Shown: piece by piece, positions 24,712 to 37,464 of the stretch | Layout: each line of letters starts with the position of its first letter | Position numbering within the stretch: the first letter of the stretch is position 1 | Notes under the pieces: model-generated | Database searches by the model: none | Told to the model about the DNA's origin: nothing | Seen by the model: only the letters and a program-made list of their open reading frames with translations | Program-made: the position numbers and the translations under genes | NCBI GenBank assembly: GCA_001949185.1 | Contig: BDGG01000010.1 | Coordinates: forward strand, 1,497,773 to 1,561,772 | Length of the DNA stretch: 64,000 nt | Origin: Ramazzottius varieornatus | Lineage: Eukaryota; Animalia; Tardigrada | Direction of reading: 5' to 3'

Positions 24712-25338
24712 GTTCGTAATCAATAAGTTCATTAATAGTTCATAGAAATGTGTCGCGTTTTGCACCGTTAACAAGAAGTGGTCTGTAACAGTTCGAGACG
24801 AGCTTGCTGCTTTTTACAGTATACGGATCCACTTCAGATTAGTCTTGTTGCTTTGCTTCCGTCGTCTGCTTGTGTACTCTTTTATCTCGGAACATTTCAT
24901 CTCTTTAAGCATCCTGAAGGCGATCTCGAATAATCCGCGGCAGTTTGTCCTGTATTGTGACTTTTTCCCTTTAAGCCTGAAGGTTCATTTCCTTCTGAAC
25001 AGCTTTTTGTTCTGCTCGTTACGAATAAACGATCTGTGTTTTCTACCAGTTTTTTGCCCAAAGAACAAAACAATTATATACTTCAAAGTGCCGATCATTT
25101 GACTCGGGCAATCAACGGACGTGTCGCTTAGTTGGCACTCGACTCATTAAATTTTGATTACCCGAGCCAAACGATAGGCACTTACGCTTTAGAGTTCAAG
25201 AATGAATGACACGAGATTCCACCAGTCTACAGATGACCATTGAGCAAGGAACGACCAGCAATAGAAATATGAGAGAACCGAGAGATATTGAAGCAATCCC
25301 CTAAAATTTGTTAGTAGAAACAAAAAAGCATTACCAAT

Positions 25339-27015
25339 TCACAAAGGACCATCTCCAGCACCAGCAGAGAATTTAGTACGAGCCCACTCAATATAATCAG
25401 GCTTAGCCGCTGCTTTATATTCCTGAATCAGATTATTCACTACCTCGCGAGATTCATCCATGTCTTCCAACCCGTTAGCGAACTTCGGCTCTCTTTTGAA
25501 CGCATCCAGGAACGCGCCCTTCTTCTTCAGCTTGTCATACTGCTTTAGCATCGAGTCGAAAAGTACATGGACGCCAGTGTGGTTCGTCATCATCAAGCCG
25601 CTGACGCGATGGTTGGTAGACACGAAGGGGGACTTACGCGAATGAGCCACATGCAGACTGGCGGGTCCCCATTCAATGAAACGAGCGAGCTTCCGCTCTC
25701 GAATACGCTGTAGACTCTTCTGTACCTGTAAGGCAGAATACGGCCGAAGTCAGGTTCGACCCGGAAGTGAACTATACCGGCAGAGTGGCTTACCTCGCCC
25801 GATTCCACCTCGCCCTGAAGAATGTTCAGAATGGAAATGAATGCGTTTTCTGCTTCATTGTACTTCCCCAGTGATGCCATCATGTTCTTAGTTTGAAGGA
25901 GACGACGCATCACATCGAAGACTGTAGTTTTCTGGATGCCACCGGTGCCCTGATCGAGCGATGTCAAGGGCGTATAGCCTATGACATGACATGACATAAC
26001 ATAGAGAGACGTGTCAAGAACACAATGATGAAGAAAAAGTGAAAAACAGATGGAAAACAATATTTTCCCATGGTTTTCAAGAAAGTTCGTACCGGTCATG
26101 ATGAAATGGAGGTTGGGTGTGGGAATGAGCGGAGAGATCAGCGAAATGAGATCGTTGTGCATGTAGCTTGGATAGCGAAGAGTGGAAGTGCTGGCGGACA
26201 TGACGGTGGAGACGATGTTGTTGATTTCGTCGTTTGTGGGCTTCTCGATGCGTAGACGTTCCGCGGCGATGTTATGCAGAGCGGTGTTGTCCATCACCAC
26301 AACACAGTCAGCATGCTCGGCCAGACGACGGAGGGTCAGCATGGAGTTGTACGGACCGACGACGACGTCGCTGTTCTCGTCTTGATTAGGAAAGATGGAG
26401 TACGTCTGAATGATCTTTTTGGGGAAGCGATCGTGAATGTTTTCCAGGACGTAGGAACCCATACCCGAACCTGTACCTCCAGCGATCGAATGGCACAGAC
26501 AAAATCCTTCCAAGCCATCACTCCCGTCTGCTTCTCGATTGATGATATCGAATACTTTCTCCTGCAGGAAAACAAATCATTCAGTAATCAGTATCTCTTA
26601 CTCTATCTTACTTCCTACCGTTTTTCAATTCGGAAATGCGAAAAGCGATGCAGCTTACGGAATGCTGCTCTCCCAGGCGATATCCAGCAGCCCAGTTGTT
26701 TCCTGCTCCTCCACCTTGGTTGTCCATGTAGAGATTCTCGGGGTTATACAGCTTGGCATATTCGGAATTGCGGATGGTATTGATGACTCGGGGCTCCAGA
26801 TCCATAAGAACAGCTCGAGGAATGTAGTGGTCGTCGTCAGCTTGGTAGAAGAAGACATCCTTCCGATCATAGTTTCCTCCTGCTGCTGTCAAAGCTCCGT
26901 TGATCAACCTTCCGTCTGTGTCGATGCCATGCTCCTTGCACAGCTTCTTCCAGAACTCATTCCCGATCTGGTTACCGCACTGGCCTAGCTGCAAAGTAAT
27001 GATCTCACGAGGCAT
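25339..27015 (-). CDS. TUBG1: Gamma-tubulin, multi-exon
   Basis: [87 protein letters not shown]. Confidence 0.97.
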
Positions 27016-27226
27016 TTTCCGTCCTCACGCGTGGCAGACGTAACAGAAGAGATCCAGACGTACCTAAATTGGCGGTGAAAATCCCCTTGCGGAGATAAAC
27101 AAAGGTTGATCAGCTGATTGTTGATTATCGGTCGTCACCACCTGGCTCTTACATGACATGACAGACTATCCACATAACGTCATGCCTTACAACATAGTGA
27201 CTTACTTAGTAAACGACCAGCTAACT

Positions 27227-30200
27227 TAGTGCTGGCAAAAATACGATACAATTCGATACGATATTTTTCGATACAATATCGGCCGATATTTTATCGCGGT
27301 CTTCGATATTCATTCAGTATCGATATTTCGATACGATATTTTTCCGTTACCGTATTTTTGATATATCTTATCATATGGCAGCGATATACCGATATTTCTG
27401 CTATTTTAATTTTTCGGAATTCCACTGGTTTAAGCCCAAGTATAAGTAAGATCAAAAGCTTCGGATTGAGCAAAGACGTGACCATACCAAGACTTTAAAC
27501 ACATGGAAACGTGGACAGAATTAGTTCCAAGACTACATCGCGACTTCGTGATCAGTCTTCCACTTTGAGAAAACCAGCGCTCGGACTCAGACGAAGAAGC
27601 ACAGACAGCAAAAACATCCATCACTGGTTTGCACAAAGTTGGAAATATCTCCCGCCGTTCTTTCCACCACTGCAATGGCTTGCAATCCAGTTCCGGCGCC
27701 GTACCTGAATTGAAAAAGAGATCCTATTTAGCGCGCAGACTGTAAGGCAATTATTCTATCTTTGATGAACCAAGAATATTGCCTAGGTATTTGTCCACTT
27801 CGCTCTGGTCAACACTCGCATTCTTGTTCAGCAGTTTGAGGAACCCACTTCGGATGATGCTGGTAGGCACGGAACTAATTGCTGTCGACTTCGAAATTTG
27901 GTCACTTTCGTTTTTGTAGAGCGCACAGAACTTCTTTAGCAGATCCGATGCTGCAAGCTTGCCCGCCGTGTCTGGCACCAGGCTTGTCTTGATGCAAGGA
28001 TCTAAAAGCTGCGCAACCTTGACCACGTCTTGCTGCCAGGAGTCAGGACTGATACGCGTCAGCTTGTCTTCCATGGATTCTGCAGTCTTTCTCACAATAT
28101 TGGCCTGTAAATAAGTCAAGGAAAAACTACGAACGTGGATAAATACCAAGTACAGAGAAAATTTACATAACTTAAAGCAACCAGATTTACGAAACCTACC
28201 GCCGTTGGAAGTTCTTGGCTTTGTCTAAGGTGAAGAGCCAGACGTGTCAGACAAAGCTTTCCGACATGGAATGTGGGCTCTGCTGCAGCAGAGCAGAGGA
28301 CCGTAATCTGCTTCATAGGCGTCAGGCACTCAATCAGTTCTCTTATTTCGTCCTATTCCTTCTCCAGTAGAAGAGTTTTCTTCATGTCCGTGCTGCCGTG
28401 CAGAGTGAAGTACCTCTTTGAATCGTGACGCATCTCAAAGGCTCCTTCCACTATGTGTAACGTGCTGTTCTAACGGGTCGAACAGTCCAGCGGAAGGCCG
28501 AGCTTCTTCTGTTTGTCGTCAGTGAGCAGACTTCGGAAGATCGTTTTGGGTTTTGGTCTTTTCACGACTTTGATCAACTCGCGCACTCGACCGATCGAGT
28601 TCTTCTCATCTACCACGCCAACCTGACACACTGTATTCACCACATGACTAATACATCGTACTTTGAACTCAGAAACTGTAAGCAGGAAAACGCAACGTCA
28701 ACGTATGTTATTTCCTAGAGAAATGATACCAAGTAATTATAAAGGGAGAAATCGACCATCGTTTCTCACACCGTGGCTTTCTCTCCACTCGCAGTTCAGG
28801 CAAGATGTCTTTAAACAAGGCTGTCATATTTGCTGCACCGTCCACTGTGTGGCCTAGAGTCTTATGAGCAATGTCGTAATCTCTCAAAACTGTCAGAACT
28901 GATTCTCGGCGCTATGTTCGGCAGGTAGATCGACGAAGTCAAGCAGGACTCGGCGCAGCTCAAACTCTTTGGTCACCCAGTGCGCTGTGATAGCCATGTA
29001 TCCTTCTTGCGCTAGTGACGTCCATGGATCCATGGTGAGGGATATCCTTCCAGGTACTTCTGCCAGCTCCTTCGTTATCTACAAATACAACCCAATCGTG
29101 ATCAGATTCTTCTGAATTGATTCTTCAGATTCTTCTGCTACTGGTTCAGACCGTAGCTGTACGAAAAATGTACCAGATTGCGGGAGTTGGGCAAACAAAA
29201 CTATAAAGATCGTTTTCCGGAGTAACGCAGCATTCCAGTCAATGGTAACCATAGCGTGCGTCACTTGGGAAAACAATTCTGTCAAGCTTCTTTCCACGTG
29301 GCGCGCTTTTTACATACTATCATCACGGAGCCTGCGCCGCTTGAGGAATGAACGTACCTTCTCTTTGTATTTTTCGATGTCATCGAACAGCCGAGACTTC
29401 AGAGTGTTTCTGGACGGTACAACATACGAATGGTTCAGAGCCTTAACAAATTCGACAAACTCTTTGTAATCGACCATCGAGAATGGTAAAGAGCAGTTCA
29501 CGATCAGCCGCTTCAGCTTGTCGTCTATTCCTCTGTGGGCTTTCTTTCTTATTGTCGTAATTCCGCAGCCTGCTTCCCCCATCTTTTCACGACACCAGTC
29601 TGGAACTCGTTCCTTCGCACTTTTGCCTTCCAGGACGTTAAGATGAGCCTTCTTCGTATGTTCCGACAGGGGAGCGTTTGGGTTACTGTCAGCGTATTCC
29701 TTCTTACAGTACTTACAACAGTACTTCTTTCTTACGGTATCATGGGTCCAGTGTTGAAAGATAGGCGCTCGCCGCTCAATGTCCTCGGCAGCTTTCCGCT
29801 TCTTCGAAGTCGTGGTTGGAGCTGTGGAGATTTAAGACGCAGCAGGTGATGGTGCTTGAACATACAACTCATCCCTGTCTCGCTCCCGCTCGGCGTCTTC
29901 TTCTTCATGTCGACGAAGATCAGCTTCCAGAGACGTCCGTCGCCCGAACATCCTTTCAATAGTCTTCCTACGAGTATATGATGAGAGGTTTCGAATTCCG
30001 CTAAAGACCGCCGAACAAACTTCCAAGGCTGACAATCGGGAAACTGTAGTATGAAAAATTCGCTATCGATATCCAGCAGAAATGAGATGATCGTGCACGC
30101 ACGCTCCAGCACATGAATACATACGGCCGTAAGATTAGGCTAGGGCAATGAGATCGGTGCTGACGGCACATTCGGCCCAGGACCGAATGGGCGAAGTATG

Positions 30201-30463
30201 TTCGGTCCACCATGGCCAGAATCAAGGCTCTGAAATCAACCATAGTCTTTCGTGAACGTGTATCATTGTCGAGTTTGCTATTCACCAAAATACCGATATA
30301 TCGAAAATATATCGATATGGCGCGATACGATACCGCCGAATGATTTATTGCGTTATTCGATATGAGCTTCATATCGATATCTTCGATACGATATTTGCTG
30401 CATATTATATCGCAAATATTCGATATATTACGATATCGGTATACCGTATCGTTGCCAGCATCA
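27227..30463 (-). mobile_element. Full-length, decayed hAT-superfamily DNA transposon
   Basis: Imperfect TIRs TAGTGCTGGCAA (27227-27238) and TTGCCAGCATCA (30452-30463); flanking 8-bp direct repeat CGACCAGC (27214-27221 and 30464-30471); dense CGATA/TATCG subterminal repeats at both ends; internal transposase remnants. Confidence 0.92.
27430..29953 (-). pseudogene. hAT transposase pseudogene (BED finger, DDE core, hATC dimerisation domain), intron-containing
   Basis: BED-like CKYCKKEY...HTKKAH; LPFSMVDYKEFVEFVKALNHSYVVPSRNTL; ISLTMDPWTS...YMAITAHW; RCISHVVN (CxxH); DCSTR*NST (TRWNS Trp to TAG); EKE*DEI; WWKERREIFPTL...ASSSESERWFS...SMCLKSW. Stops and frameshifts present. Confidence 0.9.
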
Positions 30464-32001
30464 CGACCAGCGGAAGTTCTTCTTGTCACTAATAACAATA
30501 AGGGCCTTCAAAGACAGACCTGGTTCTGGTGGTGTAATTATCCTGTCTGCTCTGGTGGATACACCCATAAATCAAACAGACCAACCAATGAGCCCCTAAT
30601 CTCCTGACTTTGAACGCCCCGTATTGCCACCGCAAAGCGAGCAGATGTAGTTTTATGCAACTGCTCGATTTCTGTTTTTAGTATTATGTATATGTATCTG
30701 CCCCTCTTTTTATCTTGTTCGACACCATGCCACAAACAAAACCCCTACCCTTCTCTTAAAAATATGGATCGCAGGATGGAGTTGTCTCGTGTCGGTTTCA
30801 GTTTATCGGCAAGTGGACGAACCCTTAAGTGTGTATTTAGCAGTTAACTAGAACATAAAACGAAAAGCATTTTTGAACAAGTAGATAACGTCTTTTATAA
30901 GAGACAGAAGCCTCGTTGAAAGTGAAGGGCAATCATACCCGAACTGGTTTTGATAAAGACAGATCTGAAATCTTCAGCCGCGTCACAACCATCTTCTTCC
31001 CGATGTCGGTGCTAAACTTGGCATCGATGTCCGTCCACTTCCTATTATCAGTCTAAATGGTTAGAAGTAATGGACGTTTCTGAAAGGGACATGTCCATCC
31101 ACATTAACTGGAAAAAAGACACATTAACTGGAAACGAACCAAGGCACACAAGAATATTCTAGACAGGTGAAGGGGAAGTAATGAAACTTGGATTTTTAAA
31201 GGACGTGAGTCTAGAAGTGATGGAAAAATCTAACTTTCATAACGTGACATTACCTACCAACAAACCAACAATCAACAACGAACAACCCTTTTTCAGTAGA
31301 CAAGTTGATTGTGTGATGACACTGACCAGGCCTTCCTCTGGTCAGTGCCGCTTGGTTAGCTTGCTTACCATGGTATTCAACGATCCTCCGCAACACTGTC
31401 ATCTTGGTGTCTTGGGCACCTCTGAATTTGCTGGTTCAGACCGAATAGGCACTGAAGTAGAGATCACTATTCGGGCATCAGAAAGGAAAGATAAGACAGA
31501 AGTAAAGAAGGGAAGATTTAGCAAGGGACGAGATTCACCGAGATGACTCCGGCAAAGCGAAATAGAAACTGAAAATTTCGTCAGCTGGTGGGATTACGAG
31601 TCGGTCCCGAGTAGGTCGTAATTACACCAAAAAACGGTGAAATTTCGTGTTCGGTGGAACGAGTAGCCCAATCGTGTCGTGAGGGTGAAGCCAATTACGT
31701 CAGCGCTGTAATTCCACCAGCGGTGTAATCAGTCTTTGGAGGCCCTTAATAATTCTATGTTCTTGTTCAAAAAGAGTTCCTGCAACAGCTATCTGCTGTG
31801 ATGCAGTATAGCAGCAACATCTTGCCGATGAAAAAAAAGCTCTGCAGGATATTGGGAAGCAAAAGCCTATGAAGGTTCAGATTAGAATGACATCTTTGGT
31901 TGAATACAACAAAAGTTGGCCACAGAAAGAAAGACGAGGAGAAACTAGGAAAAAATCCCTACGCTCTAAGACAGTCTGATACATCGACAGCACTTCCAGC
32001 C

Positions 32002-33187
32002 TTATTTGTGGTGCATCTTGAAATACTCTCGAGAGTCGTCGGGGCTGGGCATGATCGTGGGTTTGCCGACATTCCAGTCAGCCGGACAGACATCTCCGTA
32101 TTCGCTTTGGTACTGAAGAGCTTCGAGGACTCGCTTGGTTTCATCGACAGAGCGTCCTACACCTAGGTCGTGAACAGCAGCATGGCGGACGATACCCTTC
32201 GGATCGATGACGAACAGGGCACTGTAACAAATGTTGCCTTAGAGATGACTGCGAGTTTGATAGTACAGAACGAATTACCGAGCGGAATGTCCCGAGCTCT
32301 CGTCAAAGACTCCATAATCCTTCGATATGTTATGAGTGACATCAGATAACAAGGGAATCCGAACATTTCCAAGTCCACCTTTATCTCGAGACACGTTTGT
32401 CCTGTAAAACAGAAAACATTTCGATCAGTCACAGACAACTTCCGGTTGGCAATACGGTAACGTTATAGCTGTTGGCGGCGAATTACCAGGCCAAGTGGGA
32501 GTATTTCGAGTCGACAGAGATGGCAAGGATTTCTGTGACCAAGTCCCTAAACTCGGCTGCACGCTCCGAGAAGGCAATAATCTCGGTGGGTTCAACCTGG
32601 GAAACAGACAGCCGTGTGGGCAATTAAGCCCTCACTCGATTACAGAACGATCTGGAATCTGGAGCCGTTAAATACAGCGCTGAAGTTAGGAAAGAGAAAC
32701 TTACAAATGTGAAGTCTTGTGGATAGAACAATAGAATAACGTATTTTCCATAATACGTTTTGAGGCTGACATCTCTGGAGAAATTTTCAGTCAGGGAACA
32801 CACAAAGAAAGTTCGAGACACATCAGGGACTGTCTTACTTGAAAACTCCGTTCACGACCGCAGGAACGTCGTCGAAGGCCGGGGCTGGTTTGCCAACTAA
32901 AACACAGATCGCGCATCTCTGGATGAGTGAACCGGACAGAAGAGCGAACAGTCAGCCCGTCACGACCATGATCTCATGAGCCGCATTTTACCGTACCTTG
33001 AGCAGCCGATGTGTAAATGCGATGATCACCAGCGCACTCTGATCGTGGACGTCCGTCGCCGTGGCCGTTAGTGGCTCCTGTACTCGTGCCCGGCTGTGGA
33101 GAATCCGCACCTGCACATATCAAAAGTCACCCTAAGCAACTATGTTGCAGAAGGAAGAGACTTACGCTTTCGCTTGAAGCTCGACAT
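32002..33187 (-). CDS. Typical 2-Cys (AhpC/Prx1) peroxiredoxin-like protein with peroxidatic Cys replaced by Glu; 7 exons
   Basis: Spliced: [104 protein letters not shown]...SVDSKYSHLAWTNVSRDKGGLG...GRSVDETKRVLEALQY...GDVCPADW...SREYFKMHHK*. All introns are GT-AG and the frame is open. Confidence 0.93.
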
Positions 33188-33902
33188 CGTGAGGATAGGG
33201 AATATCGGATTACGTGTAGACTGCAGAGGCGCTAGCGGAGACAGATGTGCTCCCAGGAAAAGCACCACTCTAACACCGATCACATTAATCCTCTGCCGGC
33301 CTACACACCTCGTCCGACGATGAGATACAAGGTAGTGAAACGGGAGGACAATGGTGAGTATTCGTCCTGCGCCGACGATTATGATACAACGACGATGGCT
33401 GCTCCACGTCATCAAAAACGGGAGGAGAGTGCCTCTATTGTAATCGTATTGCTATCGTATGACGATACTTTGCCAAAGTGTCGTCATGCACTTCGAGTGC
33501 TCATCGATCCTCTTCCAGATCACCCACATGGTCAAGCTTGGTATCAAAATGTAGGGAAATCATCCCTCTACATCTTGATACCTTCCGGGAACGAGTGAAC
33601 TGCGTCCCAGCTGACCAGACTTGAATTTAGCGAGAGGGGGCGAAAATGGATGAAATCAGCCATTTTTTGCCATTCCGCAGCTAATCATTCCGCAGGGTGT
33701 GACATCACTCTGCGTATGCCAGTGCTTCCAGCGGCGGTGACGGAGCGAATCCTATCGTTTCGAAGTCGTCTCGGGATCGCCGAATACCCAAAGCTCTTTG
33801 CGATGCGAAGTCGATACGACTTCTATTGCGGTTGAATGACTTGTATCGTAATCGTGGTCGTTGGCAGAGGACGAATACTCTCTAATGTCAATGGGTAAGT
33901 TT

Positions 33903-34188
33903 TAGTGATGTTGGCATATATCTATATCATATTAAAATAGGCAATATTAGATACTTTTGTCATCTAATATATTACATTAGATGACTCCTGAGAAAAAATT
34001 ATTAAATCAACATTAAATTAGGTGCAAAATCACTTTGGCTAATATACCATATTAAAATCAGCTTATTAGGTGCAAAAACGACTTAATATAATAAATATTA
34101 TTAAATCATATTATATTGATTCGACCGGGACGGTCGATATCATATTAAAATTATATTAGGTTCGGATTTGCTTATGCCAACATCACTA
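33903..34188. mobile_element. AT-rich non-autonomous hAT-type MITE (286 bp)
   Basis: Perfect 16-bp TIR TAGTGATGTTGGCATA / TATGCCAACATCACTA; 8-bp TSD GTAAGTTT / CTAAGTTT (1 mismatch). Confidence 0.9.
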
Positions 34189-34808
34189 CTAAGTTTCCTC
34201 AGCACGAAGGCAACGAGACATGAAAAACTGAAAATGGATAACCAAAATAAAAGGAAGTGCCCTCGGGGGGAATTTTGATCGCCTGGCTACAGTTTTCCAT
34301 GTATACCGCGAGGCCTGCGCAGGCGCCGAAATTATCCAAACGTTGGCAGGGCAAACGGTGAACGCACACGAGATCTTGCGCTTGAAAAGAACGATATTCC
34401 CCGCAGGCCTTCCCGCTTGGGCAGTTTTGTTATTTTCGAGGTTCCAACTTCTCGAATTCCTCCATCAGCTTGCTGATCATCAAACTATCTGTCACCCCAC
34501 AAAATCCGATTTGCCACCATATTGACGTTTTTGCGAGAGCTATAGGAAGACTCATTAGAGCACAGCACGTCTTTAATCGCGTCCCATTTGGCAGGAGTTT
34601 CCGACTAGATACCGAGTTCGGAACTCGCTTGTTTCCGATACCGGTTCAGTATGGTCATCGTTACTACGGAACATCCAAGCTCACGTGCAAAAGAGCTAGT
34701 GTCGCGCAAAACAAAACATGGAGATGGTGGAGCTTCTTAGAAGGCGAAAAAGCCAATGCTTTAGCATCGTGTTAGCATCTCAATGCGCAGTTGACCGTGG
34801 ACCTGGTG

Positions 34809-36215
34809 ATGAAGCGACATTTTATACATTTGACAAACCGCGGTGATCAGCCATGCGCCGGAGATGACCTTGTGCAGCCGAATCGACCTCGTAGAATTCA
34901 GTTTCAGGAGCCGGTAAAAGATGGTGTACAGCCAGACAAGGCTAATGACAAGAGCCTTCAGCCTCCGGGGGCGGAAAATTCCGAACAAGCGCTATTAACA
35001 GACTGGCCCCACGTGCCGGAACTCACTGTTCTACACGCCGATGGAGAAGACCCTTTCCCGTTATTTCAGCCATCACTCTGCCGATACTTTGACGAGGATG
35101 ACCACCATGTGGTTCATCACAAAGAGTATGACGCACCTGCTGGTGATCAGAAACACACGGAAGTCGACATATCGTATAATCAAAGCGCCGCTCTCGTCGA
35201 CAAAAAGTACGCGTACACCTATAAGGGTTTCATAAAAGACATGTATTACTTCTTCCGTCCAGCTGCAGACTCTGGCGATGATGAGCAGGATGACATAGAG
35301 TTGGCGGACGAGGTGAACAAGCAAATCTTATCGGCAATGGTCGGCGGCGGTGACGCGCCGGAGATGATCAATGGCGCTTTAGGCGAACCCGATGGATGGG
35401 ATGAGGACGACCATTCGCCGACCTTCTGGAGTTACAGGATGCGGGAAATTGATTACTTTATCAAACATAATGTATGGTCAGTCGATCCAGTCGGAGACTG
35501 GTCTTACTTGAACTACAACAAGGTACCACCGGATTTTTTACGAAAAGTACGCCGGTACTTCGAGATCCGACCGCTGGAGTACCTTTACGATACTGGTTCG
35601 TACCGGATCTATCACGTGCTGAATCAGTATAAAGACTTGCACCGAATCGTCGATGACTCAAGGACTTCAGTTACTCGCACACTGATCGGATGTCAACAGT
35701 GCGTAGCGGGTTGGGCTGTCGGGAATGATACCGTGGAAGCTGCTCGCAAGATGGAACTTGTATGGCTATAAGGTCAGAATGCGTTACGAAGGTTTAATAC
35801 TGCTGTTGAATTGTAGGATTACCTGGCTATGATATGGTTGTCCATATGGGATCCCAGACTCAAAGCCAACATTTTCCAGCTGAAAGAGATGTCAATGAGC
35901 GACTGGTTCTTCACGCGCGTTGGGTGGGGATCCGCCGTTGGAGTGCGAGACCTACTGATCAAGTCGGAAGTTCACGGTAGCTTCGACTTCTGGGAACACC
36001 GAGCAGCAGCGGAGGATGAAGACGAGGAAGCCGAGTTCGAAGAGCTGAAAGACTGGATAACCGGTGAAGATGAAGAGCCGCAGTCCGGGTTTTTCCAGAC
36101 GCCAAGTACCCAGACCGGTCAACTGGGTCCTTCGTCCTTACAGAATCTCGGAAGTCAGACAGGGAATAAGAGTGTTAGTTCGATCGTCAACGAGCAAAAC
36201 GAAACTGCGGTTTAG
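34809..36215 (+). CDS. Orphan/uncharacterised acidic protein (~450 aa), 2 exons (34809-35759, 35817-36215)
   Basis: Long open frame; a 57-bp phase-0 GT-AG intron (35760-35816) joins KMEL|DYLAMIW in frame. No family recognised. Extra upstream exons are possible. Confidence 0.7.
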
Positions 36216-37225
36216 ACTTTAGCCTTTCAAGGAACTGAAAATAAAGATCATCACAACAATTTACGCATGTTGAAGCGTAGCCGTAACAAGTATTGCAGTA
36301 GCTTTGAGGTATTGCAAAATAAGAATACCTGGCCGAGAACTTAAGTTCGTTGCTTTTGGTCAGACCGGAAGACATAAACCTGGTCAAAGTCAGTATCCTT
36401 GGTAAATACCGGACTCCAGTTGTATATGAGAGCTTCGTTTTCTTCCTCCTGACTCGAAAAGCGGTGGTTATTTCTCCTCGCTAAAAAAACACAGTCTCTT
36501 TTTACGGACAACGATAAGACGACTGTCGATTCACATTCAAGATGGATTTTATGTCACCTTCAGAAATAAAGAAATCAGCGAAGAACTGCGAGATGAGGAC
36601 AGCGTCGGCGGAGTGAACGATGCCTTTTCGGTGTTGCCATTCGAAGTTGTTCTTTTCCGGGTGGAACTGTACTCCGTAAATTGGGTATTCTCTCCGTAGA
36701 CAAGACACTATTCAAGTCTTTTATGATAATTTGAGAGCGAGCCACAGCATGAGTCGCGTTTGCGCTCACCTTCCATGGTAGACACGAAGACCTTTCCAGA
36801 TGGGTCTTTGGACGTAGAAAGGATTCAAAAGCGTTCAGCCATGCCATATCTTTCAAAGTCAGTGGTGTTCACGCAGTAATGATGTGAGTTTGACGTCACG
36901 TCTTTGCTTTGCAGGATTTCTATTATTTCCGGACAGGCAGTTCCGAATAGCCGGGAATTTCTATAGTCTGGAAAGTAATCAGTTGCTTACAGAGTACTAG
37001 AATACGAGGTGGTCTCATTTGGGAGGTCGACGCATGACTTGAACATGGCCTTTTTCCCAACTAGCGCACACTTTCGAAGAGTAACAGTAGGACGTTGCGC
37101 CACTTGAGATAAAAATGACGTTCAATCCATATGCCGACATATTTATAATATGTATGTCAAGATCCTTACCCGGTGACATGTCCAGCGAGAGACTCATGCC
37201 TTCAGCATCACACTTTGATATTATC

Positions 37226-37298
37226 TTCGAATCCGAAGCCATGATCTCGCTGATGAGTTCGAATCCGAAGCCATGATCTCGCTGATGAGTTCGAATCC
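37226..37298. repeat. 32-bp tandem duplication inside a GGH exon
   Basis: TTCGAATCCGAAGCCATGATCTCGCTGATGAG x2, followed by TTCGAATCC. Confidence 0.95.
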
Positions 37299-37464
37299 CA
37301 AGCAGGTTCCCCATACGGGGAAGTACCCTCCAGATTCTGCATCCTGCAAAACCGTTGACCTCATACACAACGAAACGCTTAGAAGATGTGGTTCGATTTG
37401 GCACATACTTTGACTGCGAGCTTGAGGATAAGCCTTCCTATACGGGCGAACTCAGAATTTTCCA

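Noticed and set aside
9511-27015. NME7, gamma-tubulin and RAD21 close together as a possible centrosome/mitosis cluster
   Set aside because: They are separated by unrelated genes in a very gene-dense genome; nothing beyond chance proximity without synteny data.
30950-31550. Possible exon fragments or ORF 31181-31546 between the hAT element and the Prx gene
   Set aside because: No recognisable homology and no coherent gene model.
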